Source: Gemmatimonadota bacterium (lineage in GTDB: Bacteria; Gemmatimonadota; Gemmatimonadetes; Gemmatimonadales; GWC2-71-9). From it: a stretch of DNA of 64,000 nt. Below are positions 49,293 to 58,576 of this stretch, piece after piece (positions within the stretch are counted from its first letter, which is position 1; every line of letters starts with the position of its first letter). A program made the translations under genes and the position numbers. The stretch is from positions 316 through 64,315 of the forward strand of contig JANYKV010000136.1 in assembly GCA_025358055.1 (NCBI GenBank), given 5' to 3'. The notes below the pieces were generated by a model, which was given only the letters and a program-made list of their open reading frames with translations, was not told where the DNA came from and ran no database searches.

Positions 49293-50183
49293 ATGCCGCC
49301 AGTCTCTCCCGAAATCCTCAAACAAGTCCAAGGCATCGCGCTCCGCACGCGCGGGATCGTCGATACCCTGCTGGCCGGAGAGTATCGTTCGCTCTTCCGA
49401 GGGCAAGGAATGGAGTTTGCCGAGGTGCGTCCGTACGAGCCCGGAGACGATTTCCGGACCATCGAGTGGAACGTCTCGGCCCGCATGGGTTCACCTTACG
49501 TCAAGACGTTCACCGAGGAGCGAGAACTCACGCTCTTCTTGGTCGTCGATCAGTCTGGATCCACGCGGACCGGGACTCCGACGCCCAAGGTGCAGCGGGC
49601 GGTCGAGGTCGGCGCGGTTTTGGCCCTTGCGGCGGCCTTGCAACACGATCGAGCCGGCGCCTTGTTGTTCACCGATCGGCCGGAACACGTGGTGCCGCCC
49701 GCGAAGGGGCGCCGCCACGCGCTCCGGGTCATTCGCGATCTCTTGGCCTTCCAGCCAGAAGGCCGGGGCACGGATGTGGCCGAAGCGATCCGATACACTT
49801 CGAAACTCCTCAAGCATCGAGCCATCGTTGTGCTGCTGTCGGATTTTCAGGCGGAGGGGTGGGTGCGGCCGCTGCGCCAGCTGGCCGCACGACACGAAGT
49901 GGTCGCCATTACGGTCGACGACCCTCAGGAGGCGAACCCACCGGCCTCCGGCTGGGTCGACTTCGAGGATGCCGAATCGGGTCGGCGAGTATTGATCGAC
50001 ACCGGCGATCCGCGGATTCGGCGCCGCTGGCAGGCGCTCGCCGCACGCGCCAAGGCGGTCCGGGCTGATCTTCTCCGCAGTGCGGGGACGGATCATATCG
50101 CGTTGACGTCCACGGGGGACTACGCGCTTGCGTTGCGCCGCGCTTTTGCGTCCCGTCTCCGCCGGCGCTCGGTGCGCCGATGA
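49293..50183 (+). CDS. DUF58 (vWA-like) domain protein
   Basis: The EFAEVRPYEPGDDFRTIEW motif is characteristic of DUF58, the usual MoxR partner. Confidence 0.85.
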   Translation: MPPVSPEILKQVQGIALRTRGIVDTLLAGEYRSLFRGQGMEFAEVRPYEPGDDFRTIEWNVSARMGSPYVKTFTEERELTLFLVVDQSGSTRTGTPTPKVQRAVEVGAVLALAAALQHDRAGALLFTDRPEHVVPPAKGRRHALRVIRDLLAFQPEGRGTDVAEAIRYTSKLLKHRAIVVLLSDFQAEGWVRPLRQLAARHEVVAITVDDPQEANPPASGWVDFEDAESGRRVLIDTGDPRIRRRWQALAARAKAVRADLLRSAGTDHIALTSTGDYALALRRAFASRLRRRSVRR

Positions 50184-50944
50184 TTGCGCTGTGTCTCTGT
50201 CTCCTGCAGGCTCCTGTCGCGACGGTCGGAGACACGCTCTGGGTGACTCGGGCCATCGCCGCACCGTCTGGTTCGGTGTTACGCCCGTTGCCGTGGGAGC
50301 TCGGAGATTCGGGCACCACCCTCGGCCCGCCCATAGTGATGCCGCGACCCGGCGGGTTCACGGTCCGGTATCGGCTGGCTCTGTGGATTCCCGGTGCGCA
50401 TCAATTGTTGATGCCGGGCCCGCTACTGGTGTTGTCCAATGGTCGGACGGACACACTTCCTGCCATGCCGGTGATCGTCCGGGTTGCCTCGGTACTGCCG
50501 AGCGGAACCCCAGATTCGGCGTTGTCGCCGAAAGGTGCGGCTTCGGTCATTTCTCGGGGGAGCACCTCACCAGTTCCTCTGATAGTGCTCTGCGCCTTGG
50601 TGGCGGCGATTACCTCCGCATTGCAGTGGCGTTGGCGGCGGCGACCGACCGTACGGAACAACGCCGGGCCGCCACGCGCGGAGCAGCCCGGTCCGAAAGC
50701 CGCGATGCTGCGCGCCTGGGCCGCGGCCGGAGAATATCGAACTGCGCTGGACGGGTGGAACGCGAAGATCGACGCGATTCTCGCCGAACGTGTTTCTTCT
50801 GAGTTGGCGGACGGCGTCGCCCCCCTCCGCGAGGAGCTGGATCGCCTTCGGTATGCCCCCGCCGCGCCCGGGCGATTGGCGAAGTTGTGCGAAGAAGCGG
50901 AGCACTGGGTCGATCGACGCGGCGAGGGAGGGGGCGGCGGGTGA
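50180..50944 (+). CDS. Hypothetical membrane protein (position and C-half resemble DUF4381-type Bat-operon proteins)
   Basis: It has a signal-like N-terminus, a central TM helix (PLIVLCALVAAITSAL) followed by RWRRR, and a helical C-terminal region. ATGA overlap. The family call is tentative. Confidence 0.5.
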   Translation: MIALCLCLLQAPVATVGDTLWVTRAIAAPSGSVLRPLPWELGDSGTTLGPPIVMPRPGGFTVRYRLALWIPGAHQLLMPGPLLVLSNGRTDTLPAMPVIVRVASVLPSGTPDSALSPKGAASVISRGSTSPVPLIVLCALVAAITSALQWRWRRRPTVRNNAGPPRAEQPGPKAAMLRAWAAAGEYRTALDGWNAKIDAILAERVSSELADGVAPLREELDRLRYAPAAPGRLAKLCEEAEHWVDRRGEGGGGG

Positions 50945-51915
50945 CGTTCGTGCGGCCATGGCTCCTTCTGCTGCTGCTCTTCATCCCGTTCTGGTGGTGG
51001 ATGCGCCGTCGGCGCCGGCGCCATGGGGTACTCCACGGGAGTTCGGGCGCCCTCGCGGAGACCGCACGACGGAGCTGGTGGCCGTGGATCCCACCCCTGT
51101 GCCGCGCGCTCACGTTAACGCTTTGGATCGTTGCAGCTGCCGGGCCCAAGGGCCCCGGTGAGAAGCTCGTTGTGCGGAAGAACGGAATCGCGATCGTCAT
51201 CGCGATCGATATCTCCAGCAGCATGTTGGCTGAAGATTTTGCGCCATCCAATCGGCTCGAAGTGGCCAAACGCGAAGCGATCGGGTTCATTCGCGGACGA
51301 GAGTCGGATCGGATCGGATTGGTCGCATTCGCCGCGGAGGCGCTGACCCAGGTGCCGGTGACCCTCGACTATGCTGTGCTCGAGCGAGCGGTGAACGAAA
51401 TCCGGATCGGGAACCTGGAGGATGGGACCGCCATCGGAAGCGGCCTGGCGACGGCCGTCAATCGACTGCGCCGCATTCCCGAGAAATCGAAGGTGGTGCT
51501 GCTCCTCACCGATGGCGAGAACAATCGCGGTGCGATCGATCCCCGCACCGCGGCGGACGCGGCGGCGGCGTTCGGGGTCAAGGTGTACACCGTGGGAGTG
51601 GGAACCGAAGGCGAAGCCCGGATTCCGACCGGGCGCGGGCTGAATGGGTTTCGCTATGAGATGCTGCCGGTTCGGATCGACGAGGCGTTGCTTCGGGACA
51701 TCGCTACCCGCACCGGGGGTCGATACTTTCGGGCGAAAGACAGCGAAGCGCTGAGCCGCATCTTTCGCCAAATCGATGCCCTGGAGACCTCACCCATCGA
51801 GACGGTGCGATTTACCCGCAACGACGAAACGACGCGCCCTCTCCTGCTCGCCGGACTGGGCCTGCTTCTCCTGGAATTGATCCTCGCGGCCACCCGTGTG
51901 GTGCGGATACCATGA
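50941..51915 (+). CDS. vWA-domain membrane protein, BatA-like
   Basis: GTG 50941 (GTGA overlap) gives the TM N-terminus PWLLLLLLFIPFWWW. The MIDAS motif is DISSSM in a vWA domain, and there is a C-terminal TM helix. Confidence 0.8.
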   Translation: MTFVRPWLLLLLLFIPFWWWMRRRRRRHGVLHGSSGALAETARRSWWPWIPPLCRALTLTLWIVAAAGPKGPGEKLVVRKNGIAIVIAIDISSSMLAEDFAPSNRLEVAKREAIGFIRGRESDRIGLVAFAAEALTQVPVTLDYAVLERAVNEIRIGNLEDGTAIGSGLATAVNRLRRIPEKSKVVLLLTDGENNRGAIDPRTAADAAAAFGVKVYTVGVGTEGEARIPTGRGLNGFRYEMLPVRIDEALLRDIATRTGGRYFRAKDSEALSRIFRQIDALETSPIETVRFTRNDETTRPLLLAGLGLLLLELILAATRVVRIP

Positions 51916-53543
51916 AATTCGAAATGGCCTGGCTCGCGTGGGCCGCCCCGGCCGCCGCGGTGCTCGTCGGCCTCGTGGCATGGTGGGCGCGGCAGCGGCG
52001 GTTGCGGGCGGCCGGCGCCTGGTCCAGCGCACTGGTGACCCGACTCCGGGCCGATGGCCGGTGGTCGGTGGCCTGGTTGTCGATCATTGCGCTCGTCGCC
52101 GTGCTCGGTGCGGCCGGTCCGCGCTGGGGTCGTTCCGCCGTGCTCACCGAAAGCCGGGCGCTCAATGTGGTGCTTGCGCTCGATATCAGTCGCTCGATGT
52201 TGGCCGAAGACGTGGCGCCAAATCGCCTAGCCCACGCCACCCGAGAAGCGTCGCGAGTGCTGCTGGACTCCCAGGGCGACCGCGTTGGCCTCCTTGCTTT
52301 CGCCGGCCGCAGCTACATCCTCGCGCCGCTGACCTTGGACGGTGGCGCGGTCGGCCTCTATTTGGATTCCATCGATCCGGACCTCGCCAGCGAAGGCGGG
52401 ACGAACCTGGCATCGGTACTACGACAGGGGGCCGAGGTCCTCGGTGCCGCCGGACAGGGTGGCGACCGGGCCCTGGTCATCTTCACGGATGGCGAGGGCC
52501 ATGATTCAGTCGCAGATGCGGTAGCCGCGGCCACCGATCTCAAGGCCGCCGACGTTCGCCTCATCCTCGTGGCCCAAGGTGGAGTCACCCCGGTGAAAAT
52601 TCCAATTCGGGATTCCACGGGACGCTTGGTGGAATACAAGAAAGACACGAATGGGGCGATCGTGTTGACGGAACGACGCGACGATCTTCTCCAGCAGGTG
52701 GCGGAAGCGGCGGGCGGAACCCTAGTCGCGGCGGATACTCCCGACCAAGCCGGCGCCGTCCGCGCTACGCTCGCGGCGTTGGTCCGTCGCCCAGCGGCGG
52801 AGCGTCGTCTGGAGGACCTCGTGCCCCGCGCGTGGGTCGTTGCGTTGGTCGGCGCCTTGCTGCTGCTGCTGTCGACGCTCACCCGACACGGGGCCTCGCT
52901 CATCGGGATTGGTCTCATCGGGGTGTTGGCTCGCCCGGCATCGGCCCAACGTCCGCCCAAGGCCGAGCAACTCAGCCAACAAGGTGACTCGGTCCATGCG
53001 GCCGAGGAGTACCTCCGGGAGGCGAGGTTGGCCGGGTCTTCGGACACCGCGTGGTACAATGCGGGGACTGCCGCATTGCGGGCCGGGGACTTTGAGCGGG
53101 CCCGGCAAGCGCTGGTTGTCGCCGGCAATTCGGTCGATCCTGATCTCCGGTTCCGCGCCCTCTACAACCTGGGGCTCGTCTCCCTTCGCCAAGCGCGAGT
53201 CGATTCGGTTCGTCGAGATACGTTGAACGCCGAGGCCGCAAAGTTCCTGAAGGACGCGCTCCTCCTCCAACCGGTATCGGCCGATGCGAAATGGAACTTG
53301 GAACTGGCCACCCGCCATCGACCCCCGCCGAGTGGTGGTGGCGGCAGAGCCCCGCCCCCGCCGAAGTCACCGGCAGGTGGTGGAGGTCAAGGCGGCCGTG
53401 GGGCACCTCCGCCCGCCGGCGGATTGAGCAAGGCGGAAGCTGAACAGATTCTTGCGTCGGTGGAACGCGCGGAACGGGAGGTGCGATCTGATCAAGCGAA
53501 GCGACGCCGGCCGCCACCGACGCAACCCGTGAAGGACTGGTGA
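51912..53543 (+). CDS. vWA + TPR membrane protein, BatB-like
   Basis: An N-terminal TM helix is followed by a vWA domain with DISRSM, a TM helix, TPR-like repeats, and a Gly/Pro-rich basic tail. Confidence 0.8.
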   Translation: MKFEMAWLAWAAPAAAVLVGLVAWWARQRRLRAAGAWSSALVTRLRADGRWSVAWLSIIALVAVLGAAGPRWGRSAVLTESRALNVVLALDISRSMLAEDVAPNRLAHATREASRVLLDSQGDRVGLLAFAGRSYILAPLTLDGGAVGLYLDSIDPDLASEGGTNLASVLRQGAEVLGAAGQGGDRALVIFTDGEGHDSVADAVAAATDLKAADVRLILVAQGGVTPVKIPIRDSTGRLVEYKKDTNGAIVLTERRDDLLQQVAEAAGGTLVAADTPDQAGAVRATLAALVRRPAAERRLEDLVPRAWVVALVGALLLLLSTLTRHGASLIGIGLIGVLARPASAQRPPKAEQLSQQGDSVHAAEEYLREARLAGSSDTAWYNAGTAALRAGDFERARQALVVAGNSVDPDLRFRALYNLGLVSLRQARVDSVRRDTLNAEAAKFLKDALLLQPVSADAKWNLELATRHRPPPSGGGGRAPPPPKSPAGGGGQGGRGAPPPAGGLSKAEAEQILASVERAEREVRSDQAKRRRPPPTQPVKDW

Positions 53544-55879
53544 TGCCCGCCTTGCTGTTGTTGGGGCTGCTGCTCCAAGGGGGGAAGCTCACGATCATCT
53601 CGAGCGTTGATCGTGATCGGATCGAGGTGGGTGACGAGATCACGTACTCCGCCCATGCTGTTCTCACCTCGACCGACCCGGTGCGTGCTACTCTACCTGC
53701 GGAATTCGATGGCTTCCAGGTCGTCGGGTCCATGACGGAGCACACCGACGTTTCGGTTGACGCGGCAGGAACTCGTACCTACGTACTCGAGGTTCGGCTT
53801 CGCGCGACGCAGCCTGGGGACTGGAGACTTTGGGGGGTGATCCTCCAGCAGGGCAACGACCGCGTCGTCGCCCCGGCGGTGGAAGTGACGATCCATGCTC
53901 CGGAGCGAGCGGTCGCGCCCTCGGCAATGAATTCCAAAATCCTCGGATTGCTGCAACGATCCATCCCACCCTCGGCCGGCGACGTAGGCGTCACGGCTAC
54001 GACCTCGGCCGATACCATTTATGTCGGCGACCAGCTCGACGTGCTGACGACGGCGTGGTTTCCGCGGGAGTTGCGGAGCCGCCTGCGCCGGCCGCCAACC
54101 CTGAAACCGCCGGTGCTCGACGGGGTCTGGAACCTGCCCCAAACCACTATTCCCGGAATCGTGGCCAGCCGTAAGATCGGGAACGACACGTATGATCTGT
54201 TTGTCAGTCACCAGGTCGTGTTTCCGCTGACACCTGGTGTTCTCGCTATTCCTGCCGCGGAACTCGAGTACGGCGTTCCCACGGGGCGACACTACTTCAG
54301 CGATGAAAAGCACTTCGAGCTCCGGAGCCCTACGGGTAAGATCATTGTGCTCGCACCTCCGGCCGGGGGGCGCCCAGCCGGAGCGACGGCCGCGCCGGTC
54401 GCCCGATCGGTGACTGTCGAGTATCAACTTCCGAAACCGACGGCGCACGCAGGCGAGCTAGTGCCAGTGCACGTGGCGGTACACGGGCAGGGCAATCTGA
54501 CGCTGTGGCCGGCGCCGGATCTCGCCTGGCCGACGGGGGCGAGAGTCTATACCGACAAGGTCGATGACAAGCCAGAAACCCATGATGGACGACTGGGTGG
54601 GACCAAGACGTTCCGCTTTTTCATCCTGGCAGATTCTGCGGGGAGCCTGATTCTCCCCGCGATTCACTATCCATTCTTCGATCCGGCCACCAATCGATAC
54701 CGGGAGGCGTCCACTGAATCGGCCATCATCCCGGTTCTTCCATCCGAGGTTCCGCTGGAGCGGCGCGACATTTTGCCGCTGGCGTCCGATCGGGGCTCCC
54801 CTCTCGCGATGCAGATCACGGACAGTCTAGGTGGTTCGATCTGGCTGCTCGTGTTCCTGGCGCCGGCTGTGGCGGTGTGGAGGGCGGCCCGACGCCGGGT
54901 CCCGCCGCAGCCAGCCCGCGCCTCGGCCGATCCAGGAATGGCTCTCGTCCGGTTTCAAAAGTTCCTTCACGAGGTGGTCCCGGACGCAGCGGAGCGCCAG
55001 CGAGCGTCGATCGTTGCGACTCTCCGTCAGACCGGGTTCGACCGAACGACCGCCGAATCCCTCGCCTGTTTATATGATGATGTCCGGCGGGTACGGTATG
55101 GGCCGGGGAGCAGCGGTGATCGCTCGGTGAGCGACCTCGCTCGGGAGGTCGCCGCAACCCTTCGGAAGATTCCTCGGCGGGTGCGGGCGCGCGTCGCTGC
55201 GACCGGACTGGTTGCCTCCCTCTGGATCCTCGGGTTCCAACTCTCAGCGCAAACACTGGACGGAGCCTCACTGTACCAACGAGGCGCATACCAGGCGGCC
55301 AAGGAGCGCTTTGCCCTGGCGGCCCAGGAGGCGCCTACCTTCGCCACGAACTGGTACAATCTGGGTGCCGCGGCGTACATGACGCATGCCGACGGTGAGG
55401 CGGCCGCTGCATGGATCCGGGCCCGCGAACTCACGCCGAGAAGCCGGATCATTCAGAGCGGACTGATTCGCCTCCGACTCCTCCACGACGAACTCCGCGA
55501 CAGCACAAACCGGCTGCTCGTAACGCCGAGCGAGCTTCTTCTGCTCGCGCTTCTGGCCTGGATTGTGGGGTGGGCGGTTGTTGCGCTCCGCCGGCGATTC
55601 ACCGCCACGAGCACCACCGGGCTCGGGCTCGCGCTTATGCTCGCGCTGAGCGCCGTGGCGCTGCAATACTGGGAGCAACGCCCCCGTGGCATCGTAGTCC
55701 AGCAACTCCCGCTTCGGCTGTCACCCCACGGTTTGGCCACGCAGATCTCGACGTTGAACGTCATGAGCGAAGTGCCGCTCGAACAACGTCGGTCGGATTG
55801 GTTGTTGGTGCGGGACGCTTTCGGCCGACGCGGATGGGTGCCGGCCGGCGCCGTTGCCGTGATCCACGGTATAGATTAG
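53540..55879 (+). CDS. BatD-like (oxygen-tolerance family) protein fused to TPR and C-terminal SH3-like region
   Basis: 779 aa. The N-terminal two thirds resemble BatD. They are followed by a TM helix, a TPR-like stretch (ASLYQRGAYQAAKERF...NWYNLGAAAY), two TM helices, and an SH3b-like end (WLLVRDAFGRRGWVPAGAV). Confidence 0.7.
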   Translation: MMPALLLLGLLLQGGKLTIISSVDRDRIEVGDEITYSAHAVLTSTDPVRATLPAEFDGFQVVGSMTEHTDVSVDAAGTRTYVLEVRLRATQPGDWRLWGVILQQGNDRVVAPAVEVTIHAPERAVAPSAMNSKILGLLQRSIPPSAGDVGVTATTSADTIYVGDQLDVLTTAWFPRELRSRLRRPPTLKPPVLDGVWNLPQTTIPGIVASRKIGNDTYDLFVSHQVVFPLTPGVLAIPAAELEYGVPTGRHYFSDEKHFELRSPTGKIIVLAPPAGGRPAGATAAPVARSVTVEYQLPKPTAHAGELVPVHVAVHGQGNLTLWPAPDLAWPTGARVYTDKVDDKPETHDGRLGGTKTFRFFILADSAGSLILPAIHYPFFDPATNRYREASTESAIIPVLPSEVPLERRDILPLASDRGSPLAMQITDSLGGSIWLLVFLAPAVAVWRAARRRVPPQPARASADPGMALVRFQKFLHEVVPDAAERQRASIVATLRQTGFDRTTAESLACLYDDVRRVRYGPGSSGDRSVSDLAREVAATLRKIPRRVRARVAATGLVASLWILGFQLSAQTLDGASLYQRGAYQAAKERFALAAQEAPTFATNWYNLGAAAYMTHADGEAAAAWIRARELTPRSRIIQSGLIRLRLLHDELRDSTNRLLVTPSELLLLALLAWIVGWAVVALRRRFTATSTTGLGLALMLALSAVALQYWEQRPRGIVVQQLPLRLSPHGLATQISTLNVMSEVPLEQRRSDWLLVRDAFGRRGWVPAGAVAVIHGID

Positions 55880-55883
55880 CCGC

Positions 55884-57629
55884 ATGACTTCGCATCCATC
55901 CGTCGCCCGCCGGATCGCGATTCTTCCCGACGCGGTCGCTGATCAAATCGCCGCTGGGGAGGTCGTCGAGCGACCAGCCTCGGCAGTCAAAGAGTTGCTC
56001 GAAAATGCGGTCGATGCCAGCGCCAAGCAGGTCCGAGTCGTGTTGGAGCAGGGGGGCAAGACATTGATCGAGGTGAGCGACGATGGGATCGGGATGAATC
56101 GCGGTGATGCGGTCCTTTCGCTCGATCGGCACGCGACCAGCAAAATTTCCACGGCCGCAGATTTGGTCGGAGTGCGGACATTCGGATTTCGGGGCGAGGC
56201 GCTGCCCGCCATCGCCTCCGTGTCTCGGTTCACTATGGTAACCCACACTGGGGAGAGCGATGAGGACGGAACCGAGATCCAGGTGACCGGTGGTCGAATT
56301 GATCGGGTGGGGCCGGCGGTTCGACAGCGGGGAACGACAGTAATGGTACGCGGATTATTTTTCAACACCCCCGCCCGCCGCAAATTCCTGCGGTCGACGG
56401 CCAGTGAAACCCGAGCGGCAATCGATGCGGTCTCGACCATTGCACTCGCGAACCCCACCGTCGGTATTGATCTCACCATCGATGGGCAGCAGCGCCTGTC
56501 GGCGCCCGCCGATCAGGATGCTGAAGCTCGGCTGGCAGCGGTCTGGGGCCGCGGATTGGCGGGAACATTGGTGGCGGTCGAGTATGCATCGGGACCGGTC
56601 CGCGTTCGCGGCTACGCGCAGCGTCCCGGCGACGCGAAGCCGACTGGGCGGAGGGTGCAGCTGTTTGTCAACCAACGGCCGTTTCGCGATTCGTTCCTGG
56701 TACGCGCCGCGGAGGCGGGGTACCGGTCTGCCATTCACCCCGGCGATCGCCCGAGCCTGTACCTCGCCATCGAGGTGGCGCCGGAGGATGTGGATGTCAA
56801 TGTGCATCCGGCGAAACTCGAGGTACGGTTTCGGGATCGGATGAGCGTCGAGCGGGTGGTCGAAGAGGCGGTTCGGGATGCCCTGGGAAAATTGGAAGCC
56901 TCGGTGCCCCTGGGAACCTGGCGACCGGATCCGGGCGGGGGGCGGGGTGAGGCCTCGTGGGTTGCACCGAGGGCAGGGGAGGCCGTGCCGGGGGCCGATT
57001 TGTTCGGGGAGACCGAGTCCGCGGACGCGGCGCGCGGGTCCGAGGTTGCCCCGCGCTCGTTTGAAGCGCCGATCCTTCAACTGTTCGATACCTACATCGT
57101 GTTCCAGGGTCCGCAGGGCCTGATCGTCGTCGATCAGCACTCGGCCCACGAGCGAGTGCTTTACGAAGAGATACTCAGACAAATGTCGGGCCCCGGCGCA
57201 CCAGCGCAACGCTTGCTCCTTCCCCTCACGCAGGAGCTCACCGATGAGGAGCTCGACGTACTCGAATCCTATCGAGGGTTGCTCCTGCACGCGGGCTACG
57301 ATGTCGAAGCCTTCGGCGGCCGTTCCGTCATCCTCCAAACGGTACCAACGCCCCATCCCCGGTTTGACGCGGGGCAATGTTTTCGGGAGTTGGTGGCAGA
57401 CTTGGCCCGAGGTCGCTTTGGGGGCTGGTCCAACCGACTCGAGCGCTTTGCGGCGACCTACGCTTGCCGTGCCGCGGTGAAGGGCGGCATGCCTCTGGCC
57501 GAGCCGGAAATGCGCGTATTGTTGTTTCGGTTGTTCCAGACCGACCTCCCGCCGCATGACGTGCACGGTCGCTCAACCATCGTGCAGCTACCGCGGGAGG
57601 AGTTGGAGCGCCGTTTTGGCCGACGGTAG
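55884..57629 (+). CDS. mutL: DNA mismatch repair protein MutL (endonuclease-type)
   Basis: The GHKL ATPase N-terminus is AAGEVVERPASAVKELLENAVDA. The C-terminal DQHSAHERVLYEE matches the DQH(A/S)x2Ex4E nuclease motif. Confidence 0.95.
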   Translation: MTSHPSVARRIAILPDAVADQIAAGEVVERPASAVKELLENAVDASAKQVRVVLEQGGKTLIEVSDDGIGMNRGDAVLSLDRHATSKISTAADLVGVRTFGFRGEALPAIASVSRFTMVTHTGESDEDGTEIQVTGGRIDRVGPAVRQRGTTVMVRGLFFNTPARRKFLRSTASETRAAIDAVSTIALANPTVGIDLTIDGQQRLSAPADQDAEARLAAVWGRGLAGTLVAVEYASGPVRVRGYAQRPGDAKPTGRRVQLFVNQRPFRDSFLVRAAEAGYRSAIHPGDRPSLYLAIEVAPEDVDVNVHPAKLEVRFRDRMSVERVVEEAVRDALGKLEASVPLGTWRPDPGGGRGEASWVAPRAGEAVPGADLFGETESADAARGSEVAPRSFEAPILQLFDTYIVFQGPQGLIVVDQHSAHERVLYEEILRQMSGPGAPAQRLLLPLTQELTDEELDVLESYRGLLLHAGYDVEAFGGRSVILQTVPTPHPRFDAGQCFRELVADLARGRFGGWSNRLERFAATYACRAAVKGGMPLAEPEMRVLLFRLFQTDLPPHDVHGRSTIVQLPREELERRFGRR

Positions 57630-58554
57630 GATTCCGATCCTGGTCGGGCCCACCGCCGTGGGAAAAACCGCGGTGGCGGTGGCCCTTGCGGCCCACCTTC
57701 CGGTCGAGGTCGTGTCGGCCGATTCGCGCCAGATCTACCGGCATCTCGATATCGGCACCGCGAAACCCAGTCGGCGCGAACGCGCCAAGGTGCCACACCA
57801 CGGCCTGGATCTGCTCGACCCGGGGCACCGGTACAATGCGGGCCGATTCGCGCTCGAGGCCACGGAATGGATTGAGCAGATTCGCGCCCGAGGCAATCTT
57901 CCGATCGTGGTGGGAGGTACTGGGCTCTACATCCGGGCACTGACGGACGGCTTGTTTCGGGAACCGTCCTTGGACCCGTCCCGGCGTCACCTCCTGGCCG
58001 AGTTCGCGGACACGCTCAACCCTGCCGATCTGGTGCGATGGGCGAGTCGCCTGGACCCGGGATTCGCGGGCGGTGGCAAGCAGCGCGCGGCGCGAGCGAT
58101 CGAAGTGGCGGTGCTTTCGGGGTATCCGCTCACCCATTGGCAACGGGTCGCGAAGGTGGCTGGTGGCGTAGTGCCGTGGTTCGTGCGGCTGACGCTCCCC
58201 CGTCAGGTGCTCCACCACCGCATTTTACACCGGGCGCAGGAGATGGTCCGGCGCGGACTGATCGAAGAGGTAGCGTCGGTGCTGGCCGAAGGACACGGGG
58301 CCCATGCGCCGGGACTGGATGGGGTTGGGATCCGCGAAGCGGTGGAGTATCTGCACGGCGAGCGCACCCGAGAATCGGTAGCAGACGCGGTCTCGTTGAG
58401 CAGCCGGCAATACGCGAAGCGACAGGAGACCTGGTTCCGTCATCAGCTCCACGGTTCCGTGCTGACGCTTGACGCCACGCGGCCGCCTGAACTGATTGCG
58501 GTAGAGATCGCCCAGGCGTGGGAACGCTCCCGGGCTGCCCCGGCGGCGGACTGA
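57616..58554 (+). CDS. miaA: tRNA dimethylallyltransferase
   Basis: The P-loop GPTAVGKT lies near the N-terminus, with blocks SADSRQIYRHLDIGTAKP and VGGTGLY. The TTG 57616 start is inferred (14-nt overlap with mutL). Confidence 0.88.
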   Translation: MADGRIPILVGPTAVGKTAVAVALAAHLPVEVVSADSRQIYRHLDIGTAKPSRRERAKVPHHGLDLLDPGHRYNAGRFALEATEWIEQIRARGNLPIVVGGTGLYIRALTDGLFREPSLDPSRRHLLAEFADTLNPADLVRWASRLDPGFAGGGKQRAARAIEVAVLSGYPLTHWQRVAKVAGGVVPWFVRLTLPRQVLHHRILHRAQEMVRRGLIEEVASVLAEGHGAHAPGLDGVGIREAVEYLHGERTRESVADAVSLSSRQYAKRQETWFRHQLHGSVLTLDATRPPELIAVEIAQAWERSRAAPAAD

Positions 58555-58576
58555 GATTTCTGGAGTGCCATCAACG

